Counted from the first letter of the stretch, positions 12,760-26,247 are shown. The stretch: DNA of 56,945 bases from Tubiluchus corallicola (GCA_030141605.1 JAQGDQ010001185.1:1-56945); one strand, 5' to 3'. A program made the numbers and translations. The notes: generated from the sequence alone by a model not told the origin.

Positions 12760-13220
12760 ATGTAAACAATCGTTTATATTTTCATACTTTTGCATCGTGT
12801 CTCTGCTGAACTTCTTTCTAATTCATATCTTTTCTCTTTTTCTCTATCTCTGTCTATTATTTTATCTTAACTACTCCCTGTTTTTCTATAATTCTCTCTC
12901 TTGTAAATTAAGTCGTTTTTTCACTTTTCATGGTGGTCTTACAAGCTTTGCTTCTTGACCACCATGCAGCATCTATTTCTTGTTGACAAACTATTATGTA
13001 GTTTAGTAACTATGTTAGTACACTTCTGTTAAATTTTTGTAATTATATTTGGAATTTTTCCCTAACTATACCATGCTATAGTATACTAATGTAGTTCTGT
13101 TACAATTATTGTAACTATATTTCATTTTCTAGTTATAGGACATAATAGTTAAAGATAATAATGCAAATTGTAATGGAGAAATACATGCTGAAGTGATAAT
13201 AAATTACAAATTACAAATTC
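12760..13220 (+). mobile_element. LINE 3'UTR fragment with stem-loop and (AAATTAC)n tail, in GHL10 intron 1
   Basis: Hairpin CATGGTGGTC-TTAC-AAGC-TTT-GCTT-CTT-GACCACCATG; ends AATAAATTACAAATTACAAATT. Left boundary approximate. Confidence 0.55.
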
Positions 13221-13231
13221 AGGTAACTTAC

Positions 13232-13277
13232 CTGTTTGAAGTAAAAGAACAAAGCAGCAAACAATAAGATTTAACAT
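13232..13277 (-). CDS. GHL10 (YngK/YddW-DigH-like) glycoside hydrolase, coding exon 1 (signal peptide MLNLIVCCFVLLLQT)
   Basis: ATG at 13277-13275. The 46 nt encode a hydrophobic signal-like peptide and end at a strong donor (ACAG|GTAAGT, phase 1) that joins exon 2 in frame (G+TC=Val, giving ...LQTVFA-QEPSHEHRG). Confidence 0.8.
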
Positions 13278-13526
13278 TCTTTACGACTTCGTATTCTTTT
13301 ATTCCAAATCAGCACTTCATTCCACCTGCTAGAACCAGTTACTATCCAGGCGGCCTAGTAGCGGCCCAGAACGTGGCACAAAGTTCACATTTTACCAAAA
13401 CAGGTGCTTGCGTTCACACTGCTATCACCAGATTGTTTTTTCGTGATTGCCAAAAACTTTGCCAAATAAAAACTCATCAGACACTGCTGTTTTTCTGACT
13501 GCTACTATATAAACAGATACATCGCG

Positions 13527-13558
<32 letters not shown>

Positions 13559-13671
13559 TGTATGTATGTATGTATGTATGTATGTATGTATGTATGTATG
13601 TATGTATGTATGTATGTATGTATGTATGTATGTATGTATGTATGTATGTATGTATGTATGTATGTATACAT

Positions 13672-13717
<46 letters not shown>

Positions 13718-13820
13718 TGACTGACTGACTGACTGACTGACTGACTGACTGACTGACTGACTGACTGACTGACTGACTGACTGACTGACTGACTGACTGA
13801 CTGGCTGACTAACTGACTAA
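13527..13820. repeat. Compound microsatellite (TATG)n(CAGA)n(CTGA)n
   Basis: Direct reading. Confidence 0.97.
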
Positions 13821-14396
13821 AGTGAACCGAAATGAAATCAAAAACAACCAACCATTATCAAAATCGGTCACTTGTATTTAATTAAACTCATTTCAATGTG
13901 ATTTATCTCATAAAAGTTCTAAAGTTCAATAATTCACCACTTTACGAGGAGTAATGCATCTAATAATAACAAATCAGCTGTAATTGTTCACAAACTCTGC
14001 GTAGATCTCTGCACAAATTTCAACAAGGTCGCTTTGATCAAGGAAGTTGTTTGACTAAACTCAGGAAATTAGAAAGTTTAAATAGAATTTATGCTGAATT
14101 TAATGAAATTATGCAAACGTCCTTGAGCAAACAAGAGAACATGCTGTCATGGAGAATGCAAGGCAGCAAAGACTGGAGATACGTAATTTCAGAACAGCTG
14201 AAAAACAATTCGATTGATAGTTAACTTAGTAGTAGATAGGCAACCTTGCTGGCAACGTACAAACTTTTTCTTTCTTTCTTTTCCTTCACTTTCCTTCCTT
14301 TTTTTTGTTTTATTTGTTTGTAAGTTTGCCTGTTCTTTATTCTCTTCTTTGTTTGCTTGTTGCTTTCCTTCTTTTTTGCTTCTTTCCTCTGCTTCA

Positions 14397-14401
14397 CTAT
14401 T

Positions 14402-14441
<40 letters not shown>

Positions 14442-14445
14442 TTTT

Positions 14446-14497
<52 letters not shown>

Positions 14498-14558
14498 TAA
14501 CTTTCATATCAATCTGCGTTTGAATTTTGTTTCTCCCCCCCTCTCTCTCTCTCTATCC

Positions 14559-14627
<69 letters not shown>

Positions 14628-14735
14628 TCTCTCGCTCTCTCTCTCCTCTCTTTCTCTCTCTGTCTCACTCCCTCCCTCTCTCTCTCTTTCTCTCTCTCTC
14701 CCTCCCTCTCTCTCTCTCTCCCTCCCTCTCTCTCG

Positions 14736-14767
<32 letters not shown>

Positions 14768-14843
14768 CCTTCCTCTCTCTCTCCCTCTCCTCTCTCTCTC
14801 TCTCTCTCCCTCCCTCTCTCTTGCTCTCTCGCTCGCTCCCTCC

Positions 14844-14911
<68 letters not shown>

Positions 14912-14972
14912 CCTCCCTCTCTCTCGCTCTCTCTCTCTCTCCCTCCCTCTCTCTCGCTCTCTCGCTCCCTCC

Positions 14973-15021
<49 letters not shown>

Positions 15022-15038
15022 CTCTCTCACTCTCACAC

Positions 15039-15078
<40 letters not shown>

Positions 15079-15103
15079 TCTCTCTCCCTCTCTCTCTCTC
15101 TCT
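14397..15103. repeat. (TTTC)n followed by a long imperfect (CT)n microsatellite
   Basis: Direct reading. Confidence 0.97.
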
Positions 15104-15220
15104 GAGCAAAATAAAAGAAATCAGTCATAGGTTTAATTTGTTTATCCAACGTTTCACATGAAAACAACTAACCTACTGTCTGATACTTCTTACCTGCACT
15201 ATCTTCTCGCGCAGCCTTGA

Positions 15221-15342
15221 TTAGACTTACACAGACTTATACAATTTTACACAGACTTATACAATTTTATACAGACTTATACAATTTTATACAGACTTAT
15301 ACAATTTTACACAGACTTATACAATTTTATACAGACTTATAC
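15221..15342. repeat. 20-bp tandem repeat, about 6 copies
   Basis: Unit ACAGACTTATACAATTTTAY. Confidence 0.9.
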
Positions 15343-15343
15343 A

Positions 15344-16042
15344 AGGGTGAGTATTCTCTACCAGCATACGAATTCGAATCGTATCAAAACTGTGTTTTTC
15401 AAACTCGAATCAAACCAAATCTCGGCATCTTCGAATTCGAATTCATTCTTAACGATTTCCGAATAAATTTCCGAACTACTAATAAAATGCGGTCTCACAA
15501 AGATCGTGCATATTGCTTGATTTTGTACTGCAGTAAAAACGTTAAAAATTTGCACAAAAAATTGTGCACAGAAATCACAGCTAAATTATATGCTCATTGC
15601 ACGCCGTTACAAACGTTCTAATGAAAATGAACGTATGCAGTCGAAGTGCTGAATTACTCGAATCTACGATTTTTGGTTCGAATTGATTTCGATCTAAAAA
15701 AAATTTTTTTTATTTATTATTATTATCACATTCAGTACAATATAATGACATTAAGCACACAGTGACATCAAAATTATGACATCATACTGTATTAAATTGT
15801 TATGTTTCATACACTATCGTTATCATAAAAGAATAATTGTACTGCAGTGGGCCTAGAGAAGCAAAGGCTTGTATAAGCCCACTGTCATGTGAACCTGATA
15901 AAAAAAGAATGGATGAGTGAACAAAAAGAACTGGGAGAAAGGTTAGATCACACAGGAAGGGTAGAAGGATGTGTTAGTGGAAATGGTAGGAAGAAAGATG
16001 TTGTCATAGATTAAAAAAATTAAAGATTCGATGCTCGCCCTG
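15344..16042 (+). mobile_element. TTCGAA-rich MITE (family D), interrupted by a LINE 3' fragment at about 15700-16010 (minus)
   Basis: Ends AGGGTGAGTAT and ATGCTCGCCCT are imperfect inverted repeats. The body matches 29209-29890 in reverse orientation. The insert carries the hairpin CAGTGGGC..AAGC-AAAG-GCTT..GCCCACTG and a (TTAT)n tail. Confidence 0.6.
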
Positions 16043-16494
16043 CTTCACACTTTGAGAGCAATAATGATTACTACACAAGACAGCCCGTCAGCGTTCAAAA
16101 AAAAACGAAATAAAATTTAAAGATTCACCGTCAGTTCCAGGCACCAGGAAATGACAGCGCTTAGATGTAACGTAAGCTGAGCTATTCATTGACATTTGCC
16201 TCTGATGTTCCCGCTTCTTAGCGGTTTGTTTTAAGTGCATTTTGCTAAAGAAACAGCTTGTCACTTACTTAAGTCTGACTAATGGCTTAAGTGCGCTAGT
16301 GAGGAATCACTTAGCCGACTGGGTGGAATAATTAGCGCCTCCTGGTGTCGCTTGAAATAAACTGACGGGAGAATGAAAAAGGTAGAGAAGCTGTTATGTT
16401 TTGATATGTTTCTACAGCGCATGCGTGGTCAACGTTTAACACGATCATAATCATTGTTTTGAAAACCAAAATTAAGGTAAAGTAAGGTAAATTA

Positions 16495-17153
<659 letters not shown>

Positions 17154-17982
17154 GTTATTAGCTTTTAGATATGCTTGCAAGTCTGCGAGCATATAGTAGG
17201 TACCCAGTGAGTAATTTAGTTTATTGAATTCAGTTTTAGTTTGTTAAAGTTATTATTCTGACTACTTTGTCGGCCGAATTGGAAGTTAATATATTATCGT
17301 CAGCAACTTGTGTTCGTTACACAGTGGGCAACTGGTTTCATCAAAAAAGCAAATAAATACTATTAATAATCTCTCCATTAATATTTAGAATTGTTTGTTG
17401 TTGACAATAGTAACTGCAGCTGCAAAATAAGTTCACTGAAGCAAAAAGCGGGATATGTGTTTATATTGCACGGTAACCGGTGACGTCATTTTTGAAATGA
17501 TCGCGACTTTAAATTGATTTTACTAATTATACAAGGTGTTTGTCACAGTTTTATTGTCGAAACTTTTTAATATTTTTTCTCAAATATTAAAATAAGCTCA
17601 ACTTCCCGAGAGATTGACTTTTGCTTTAAAATCAAGAGATTATGATTTCTGAACCAATGGCTGTTCCGCCATGCGCATTACACCCCCTCGCTGTAATACA
17701 GTTTATTGCTCCCTGCATTTGTCTATTCTCCATTAAGAACCTGTAGCGTTAATCTTCCCTTTCTCACCAAACAGAAACCGCGAGAGTCGGCTTCCCTTTA
17801 TCAAAAGCTCAGATTGCGCCTTGGTGCTAAAAGGAGGCGGTATCAAGTACCCCCAAATCTCTGTCTTGTAGTATTTGTTACAAGAGTTTGAAATTAGCAG
17901 CAAACAGAAGGACAGGCTTTAGCAAGTCTTCACTCTTCAAATAGATGATGATTGAGATTGTTGATGCAGTTAAAGCTTTTAC

Positions 17983-18174
17983 TACTGTTGTTGCTGTTGC
18001 TGTAGCTGCTGCTGTTGCTGTAGTTGTTGATTTTGTTGTTGCTGTAGCTGCTGCTGTTGTTTTTGTTGTTGCTGCTGCTGCTTTTGCTGCTGTATTGTTG
18101 TTGTTGTTGTTGGCGGTTGTTGTTGCTGTTGCTGCTACTGTAGCTGCTGCTGTTGTCGTCGTTGTTGTTGTCGT

Positions 18175-18209
<35 letters not shown>

Positions 18210-18580
18210 TTGTTAATTTTGTTGCCGTTCTTGTTGCAACTGTCGTTGTACTTGCTTCTGCTTTTGCTGCTGTGTTGTTGTTGTTGCGGTTACTGTTGCT
18301 TTCGCTGCTACTGTAGCTGCTGCTGTTGTCGTTGTTGTTGTTGTTGCTGTAGCTGCTGCTGTTGCTGTCGTTGTTGATTTTGTTGCCGTTCTTGTTACAA
18401 CTATCGTTGTCCTTGCTGCTGCTTTTGCTGCTGTATTGTTGTTGTTGTTGCGGTTGCTGTTGCTTTTGCTGCTACTGTAGCCGCTGCTGTTGTCGTTGTT
18501 GTTGTTGTTGTTGCTACTGCTGTTGTTGTTGTTGCTGCCGTTGTTGTCGTTTTCTTTCTTGTTGCCGCTATTGTTGTCGT
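17983..18580. repeat. Degenerate (GTT/GCT)n trinucleotide repeat with internal block duplications
   Basis: Direct reading. Confidence 0.9.
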
Positions 18581-19145
18581 GAGTGGTTGTTAATGGATAT
18601 TGTTCTGATGGGGTTAGTGACTAACTAACTAACTAACTAAAAAGCAGTTGTATTTTTACTGGTCGCCCTGTAAATGTAGGACAAATCATGCCAACCGCAA
18701 CCGACAAATGCGCAGCTTGTAAATTGGCGCACCATTTTCACGCTGCAAGATGATTGCTAACAGGTTAAGAACACTTTTTTAATTCACCATGGAGCACGTG
18801 TTTAACAACCTTCCCATTTACCCACACTGTTATAATATTACCTTGGCATTCAGCCAAGCATCTCTGCAGCACCAGTTCCGTGTTCGCTGTATTGCGCAGC
18901 TTATGTGAATTCAATGACCTTTTGGATTCACCAGAAGAACTTGTTCTTCTCAAACGCCAGGGATCCATAAAATCAGAGTAGAAATGAGACTTTGCTGCAG
19001 TTCTTTACTTTGATTATTCATGATTTAATTACCTAGTAACGTAATTAGTTTCTAATTACACTAAAGCCAGAAAACTAAGTCTTGGAGACGGTGATTTGGC
19101 TGATGAAGTTAAAGCAGTTGACGCAGGATCTGTCACAATCACTGG

Positions 19146-19205
19146 AGTAAAGTGGTCTAGTGGTCCCGGTCTTCGTCTTGTAAGTGAAAGGTTTATCGTT
19201 CAGAC
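19146..19205 (+). mobile_element. Degenerate tRNA-derived SINE head
   Basis: A-box-like TGGTCTAGTGG followed by a tRNA-like anticodon arm and a decayed B box (AGGTT..CGTTC). Confidence 0.3.
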
Positions 19206-19849
19206 AAATCAACCAAAAGAATTTATTGAAATTAGCAAACTAATTAACACATATGCAGAAATAAAGGATTGTAGCATGTTCACTGTCTCAATAATTAAAA
19301 GTAATAAATTAACAGTTAAAAGAGTTGGGGACCAAGAGCCATTTTGTCTTTTTAAGTGCGTTAGAGGGCATTGGTAATAAGTAAATATAAGTTATTACTA
19401 AATATTCATATACACATAGAACAGTTATGGTTGTGTAACGTAAAAAAGCATAGCGCAGAACATTTCAGCAGAATGCAATGCAGCAATACAAAGTGCAAAT
19501 GTGCAATGCTGTGCAGTACAACCAGACGGAGTGTGAGCTACAGTAAGTGAAATACAAGTGCAGTGCTGTGCTGTTGCAGTGGAATGCAACTTTGCAGCAG
19601 CGATGACAAGTGCAGTGTTGTGCAGTACATTGTGAATAATGTATCGCAAAGTGCAAAGCACTAATTAGTTCTGACATTATGTGAAAGGTGTGAGAGTGAA
19701 ACACGCCAGTTCAAGAGAAATTACAGATTTAAAATAGTGCTCTGTAGACGTGTAATGCAACACAGCATAATATGACATTACACTGCATGTCATAGCATGA
19801 CATTGCAGGGTAATGTTACATAACGTAATTTAACGCAGCTTAACTTAAT

Positions 19850-21018
19850 ATAATTTAACATAACATAAGAAACATAACATAACATAACGTAACGTAACGT
19901 AGCGTAAAATAACATGACATAACACATAAAACATAACATAAGATAACATATCACAACATAACATAACATTATATAACGCAACGTAACGTAACGTAAAATA
20001 ACATGACATAACACATAGAACATAACATAAGATAAGATAAGATAACATAAGATAAGATAAGACAACATAACATAACATAACATAACATAACATAACATAA
20101 CATAACATAACATAACATAACATAACATAACATTACATTACATAACATAATATAACGCAACGTAACGTAACGTAAAATAACATGACATAACACATAGAAC
20201 ATAACATAAGATAAGATAACATAAGATAAGATAACATAACATAACATAACATAACATAACATAACATAACATAACATAACATAACATAACATAACATAAC
20301 ATAACATAACATAACATAACATAACATAACATAACATAACATAACATAACATAACATAACGTAACATAACATAACATAACATTACATAACATAATGTAAC
20401 GCAACGTAACGTAACGTAAAATAACATGACATAACACATAGAACATAACATAAGATAAGATAAGATAACATAACATAACATAACATAACATAACATAACA
20501 TAACATAACATAACATAACATAACATAACATAACATAACATAACATAACATAACATAACATAACATAACATAACATAACATAATATAACGCAACGTAACG
20601 TAACGTAAAATAACATGACATAACACATAGAACATAACATAAGATAAGATAAGATAACATAACATAACATAACATAACATAACATAACATAACATAACAT
20701 AACATAACATAACATAACATAACATAACATAACATAACATAACATAACATAACATAACATAACATAACATAACATAACATAACATAACATAACATAACAT
20801 AACATAACATAACATAACACAACATAACATAATACAAGATAACATAACATGATACAACATAGCATAACATAGTACAACATAACATAACATAACATAACAT
20901 AACATAACATAACATAACATAACATAACATAACATAACATAACATAACATAACATAACATAACATAACATAACATAACATAACATAACATAACATAACAT
21001 AACATAACGCAACGTAAC
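19850..21018. repeat. (CATAA)n pentanucleotide satellite with a recurring ~75-bp variant block
   Basis: CATAA runs interrupted about five times by ..ACGCAACGTAACGTAACGTAAAATAACATGACATAACACATAG.. Confidence 0.96.
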
Positions 21019-21367
21019 GTTGAGTATGTTGTATGTTGCAAAATTCTCTCTTGACAAACAGCTGAAAACCAAAGAGCTTTGTATATATTTTCTACTGAAA
21101 TGACTAAAAACATTGGACCAGTCAGCTAGGAAATACTGCGACGCTGCGCCTCACCCCTCGAATACATGAGTTGCATTGCTGTCTGGGATACACGTGCGGT
21201 CTTGACCCGGCTTTGGTTATTAATAACCGTTATAAGTTTATGGAGAAATTTTATAGAGTTGCAAGGTTGGCATATGTGCTGTAGTTTCCTGGAAAAACTC
21301 GTGTGAGTTCCACGGGAAGAGGTAACATTAGATGAAGAAGGGACGGCATGCGACAGGGGCGTCTCTA

Positions 21368-21616
21368 AAGGCGAGTTCTGACTAGTGATTTATCTTGCCA
21401 AGTAATTCGCAAGTGTGTTTAGGCTAGAGAACAAAACTTGCTGTTAGTTTCTCTCCGACAGTAAGCGCAAGGTGACACCTCTATTCACTGCGAGAAGTGT
21501 CAAGAGTAACTCGTCGAGGCGTTCACACTACACAGCAAAATCAACTTGCAGCAACTGTCGGAGAGTAACTCGCAAAGAAAATCAAACTTGTGAGTTTGTT
21601 GTTAGAGAGAAAACTC
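21368..21616 (-). mobile_element. PIF/Harbinger-like MITE family A, copy 3
   Basis: Starts TAA|AGGCGAGTTCTGACTAG. Shares CTATTCACTGCGAGAA and GTAACTCG..GGCGTTCACAC with the 3389 copy, in the same orientation. Confidence 0.6.
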
Positions 21617-21619
21617 CAC

Positions 21620-21908
<289 letters not shown>

Positions 21909-21974
21909 GCTGGGATGCAGGGTACGACAACAATAGCTGCAACAATAGTTACAAGATACGACAATGTATGTAGT

Positions 21975-22370
21975 TTATTGACTAAAACAAGTTATACACG
22001 AGGAATGAGGGAAATGCCACAATCGAAACATTAGTGATTTTAGTCCAGATTGTCACTTTACGTACATTTCCTACTCAAGGTTATAGCATTAAAAACAGTG
22101 TTATGCATACAAGGTACATCAGCATAAAAGTTGCAAAATTTCATAACATATTATATAACAATTAGTGTGCTCAAAGAAGTGAGTTAAATCAGCAAAGTTT
22201 ACATTGTCGTAGCGGTTTCTAATATTTGATGTTAGGGGGCGTGTCTGTATAACGTGTTTCTCAGTTTGAATGTCCCCACAAGGACATGACCTATTTTCCC
22301 TTGGCTGTCTCGCCCATCTACCCGTTTCTATCCGCAGCCTATGTGACTGAAGACGCATTCTTGTGAAGCT
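21975..22370 (-). mobile_element. 5'-truncated LINE: ORF2 C-terminal Cys/His region plus 3'UTR
   Basis: Translates FTRMRLQSHRLRIETGRW..RENRSCPCGDIQTEKHVI, a typical non-LTR ORF2 C-terminus. It sits between units of a ~33-bp ACGACAACAATAGCTGCAACAATAG repeat. Confidence 0.8.
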
Positions 22371-23539
22371 AAGACAACAATAGCTGCAACAATAAGTTTC
22401 AAGGTACGACAACAATAGCTGCAACAATAGTTATAAGACACGACAACAATAGCTGCAACAAGAGATGAAAGGATGTGGCTAAAATAAGAACAAATAACAA
22501 CATAGATCAGAATCTTATCATCATTGTCAGGCTTCGGGAACTGTGACCTACCTAACAAAATTCTCACAAGTTCACAAGCAGCTCTGGGCAATAATTATAC
22601 GTACATTTCATAACTCGTACTTTTTACCGTTCGCGAAAGCGCTAAACTTGTTGACCGCCCTGTAGCCGTCTGCACGTACGAGCTTCACGTTAGAGGACGC
22701 CCTGCTCGCCTTTGCGAAGCTGGGATGTGAGCTGGGAGATTAGTTACAATAGAGCAGCCCGTGCACGCGGAGTAACACGCACTGCACTTGCCTGGGTTAG
22801 TGACTCATGTAGCTAGGACCACATCAAAAAACTCAGCTTGCCTGGTGATTTGTGACTTTTAAATCGATAAGTCGAGGTAAGGTAAGCAGTTGTGAAAATG
22901 CTGAAGACAAGTGTGTGATCTAGATGTCACTTCTGTGGTTTTGTGCTCTCAGTTTTAACGCGCGTGCGCAAGTTTTAGTCGTTTTATCGGTTGATATTGA
23001 AACTGATCAAATAATCAGACATCCAAACTGGTGATCTTTGAGGAGATGTAGCAAGTATTAACCTTAATGGTTTGCAAAATGAAACAGATTCAATATTTGT
23101 TACGAACAGCATGTCTGGTGACAAATGAACATCTTTAGTGTTTGTTACAAACGCGTCAAACCAAACCTTCAAAATTATTTACTCCAGAAATTGTGCAGGA
23201 AAAGAAGTTGCACTTTATTTCGTAACTTGTGCTGAGGTGAAAACGCCACGTGTTTTGTACATTGTTTCCTGTAAGTAGTAAAAGTGCTCTAGGTATGAGT
23301 CACATGGCTTCAAACAGAGAATGAAGGAAACCACTAACTTCTTCTAATAAATTGAGAAAGAAACTGATATGGACACGGTGTGCATAGTCCAGATATTTCG
23401 TTGGTACACTAAACTTTCTTGCTGGACGTCTTTATTTCATAGTACTAACTGAAGACAAAGGAAAATGAATTGGCTGGCTTCGCTGACCACTTAACCACGT
23501 GGTCGTTGTTCGTGACACTTAAACTCGTTGTTTGTGACA

Positions 23540-23736
23540 ATGGTTTACAGGACTTGGATATATCAGCTCTTCACAACAATTTTAGGAATCTGTAATATTT
23601 GGGGACAGAGGCTACCAGCCAGGGATGAGGAATTAGCGAAATTTCAGGCTCAGCATCCGGAACTGTTTTACGATACAAAAGTGATTCCAGACGGATATCA
23701 AGTCTCGGCGCATCTCCATAAAGGAGAACCCAAAAG
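23540..23736 (+). CDS. NDNF: Neuron-derived neurotrophic factor (NDNF/Nord) orthologue, coding exon 1
   Basis: Signal-like MVYRTWIYQLFTTILGICNIWG, then QRLPARDEEL...VIPDG..VSAHL..GEPKR, matching vertebrate NDNF QKLPTRDEEL...VIPDGAEISSYL..TPKR as I recall it. Donor AAAAG|GTACAG (phase 2). Confidence 0.88.
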
Positions 23737-25131
23737 GTACAGCTTGGAAAGTTTAGCCTTGGACATTCATGTCAAATTAGAAAATTAAAAAGTTCAAAAG
23801 AAATGAAAAATCATATATTTTGTTATTAAATGTCTACTCTTTCATGTTGCCATGGTTACATAATTCTGCTAATTATTAATTCATTTAAATTTAATACATG
23901 CTTAATGAACATTAGATATGGCATGGTGTTAGCTGACATATTTTGACATTTTTTTCTCTAACATGAAAAAATCTGGGGCTTCCCAGAATTGAGATGAAGT
24001 TAAATCCATGGTCTTCCGTTTCCGGTTTACACCTCAGACCGGCAGTCTGTAAACTTTTGTATTCAATTTCGAAAGTCTTGGTTCAAATTTCAGGTCGCAG
24101 TGCCTCAGCACTTCCATTTATCATAATTATTTTAAACAATGATGATATTCCTTGTGTAAAATATCAGATTATCTTGGCAGTTATAAAATGGCAAAGCCTA
24201 AAGTCGTATATATTAATTCTACTTGTATGTTATATATATATAAATATAAGATTCGAGGCTACAGCTCGGACGACGGCACCATTTGCGGCGATCTATACAT
24301 CAAACGAAAGGTCTCGATCTAGTGTCGTGCCATTGGGGGTTTATTTTTCGAATCGGACCCACGGGGAGGAACTTATGTCTAAAGATGAAATAATTTCGCG
24401 ACCTTCTTCAAGACACTTTATTCACATACGTTTTATTCACATACGTCTCCAAATAGCATAATAACATCTCAACTGGGACAATGGACAAAGATAGCACCAC
24501 TTCAAAAAACGTATCAAATCACATTAAGGCAGGTTCACACCGGCATTAATATTGGCTAAAAACACAAGAGCATGGCTTGAAAGTTCAACTTACTGAGCCA
24601 TAATTCAGGTGCTGTTAGACGTAACTAGGCACTTGCTTCAGTAAACCCATATTGCAATTGTTAAACATTTTAGCAAACGGTTTTTCTATTATGTTATGAC
24701 ATGAAAACGTAGGTAAACGTAAACAGATTTCTGAGAAATTATTATGACTATGACCTCAACATTTGCTAAACGGATGACTGCATTATCCAAACCATGCATG
24801 AAAAAACTTACGCAGACGAATTTGATTTATTAGACATGACGGCACCTTGACTCTTCCAATAATCAAAACTAAACGTTTTTAAGTGTTTTATTTTGGTTAT
24901 ATTTCTTTACGCTTTGACCCATCGTAAGTTTGTATCCAGTACACAAATGATACTACTGAATATTCTATATGTGAAACCCTGGAAAATGCAGATACGTGAT
25001 GTTAGACAAGAACACAGCTACTTAATTAGGATAGTCTTCAAGAATAAGACAGTTAAAAGAACATAAGTGTCTTAGCCGTTTTCTTGGCCTCAGTGAAGGA
25101 ATCTATACCCACAAGTTAAAAACCCTTCATG

Positions 25132-25225
25132 GCCTAGAAGCCATTTCTTACTGGGGGTCACCTGACACCTATCCAGTTACTACCAGACTTGCTGCTTAAC
25201 ACTGATCACAAAGCACAAGATGACC
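25132..25225 (-). pseudogene. Degenerate 5S rRNA-derived sequence (5S pseudogene or SINE3 head)
   Basis: Minus strand reads ..GTTAAGCAG-CAAGTC-TGGTAGTAACTGGATAGG..GACC..TAGGC, against 5S GCTAAGCAGGGTCGGGCCTGGTTAGTACTTGGATGGGAGACC..TAGGC. Confidence 0.5.
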
Positions 25226-25295
25226 TGCATCCCTCTTATGTCTCAGAATAAAGTGTGAAGAGACAGTGACAACGAGCTTTAGTCTCGTGTAACGT

Positions 25296-25380
25296 AGCGT
25301 TCACACTAGCAGACTTTCAGACGCGAGTTTTCTCTCTCTGACAGCAAACTCGCAGGTGTGAACAGCTTCGCAAGTTACAG
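25296..25380 (+). mobile_element. MITE family A fragment
   Basis: GCGTTCACACT..CTCTCTGACAGCAAACTCGCAGGTGTGAAC matches 11895-11925. Confidence 0.55.
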
Positions 25381-26247
25381 GCGGCAAGCTGGTCTAAAGA
25401 CAAACAGATTGTCTCAGTGGAATCAGTTTTTTTTACAAACAGACTAATCACATCGTTGAAACTACAACTCGATTACCTGCGTCTGGTGCAAGTAGTATGG
25501 GGTTATGGGCTAGCTCAAAAGCAATTCTTCGGGCAATTAAATATTTAATTAAGAGGCTTTGCCACCCACGCAAAAACACCAATGCATAAAAAGCTGCTGT
25601 TTCCTTGGCTGTTTGATCAACCGTTAATGTAAGTTCAGTAAGTATTATTAACTGTTATTTCAACATTGGCACTAATACATGTGTAATTTTCTTAGGCCTA
25701 CAACTGTTGTATAATTAGTGCTACAAACAGATTAAAGTTTGGTAGAAAGTTAAGGCACTTTATTCTTCTTCTTATTTTTTCCTCCTTCCTGTCACGTCCT
25801 GTCAAGAAACTAGCATTCTTCTTCTTTTTTTGTTCACCATTTTGTGATTTTTCTCGTCTTTTTGCTGTTTGAAACACAAAAATAATCCAACAGCTTTATA
25901 ATTAAGACGATACATTAGCTATGGCTATGAAAGTTATACAAGCTTATAGCTTTAGCGGTTTAACCTTAAGTTACGATTAAAAAACTTTTGCATGTTAAAA
26001 ATTAAATGTCGATACAGCAAATCTTTGGTTAAAAATACACGGGTTGAGGTATACTGCACATGACACATACCAGCAAAACAATAAAGAAATCAAATTAAAT
26101 CAGGTAAAATATTTCCCACCATAACCCTAATCCTAACCTTAACCCACTGATAAAGAGAAAAATTGTTGAGTACTGAGACCAAACGTCCCTTAATTTAGTT
26201 TGCAGTAAAAATGGTGCATTTTATATATATATATAATATATAATATA

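Noticed and set aside
18765-18968. 67-aa ORF as a gene exon
   Set aside because: No splice context links it to any gene; KHVLHGEL weakly suggests a decayed RTE LINE fragment.
23994-24461. 155-aa ORF in NDNF intron 1
   Set aside because: No recognisable motifs; it includes TA-repeat sequence and looks like a chance ORF.
26122-26145. Interstitial telomere (TAACCC)n
   Set aside because: Only about four imperfect units, which is common inside non-autonomous elements.
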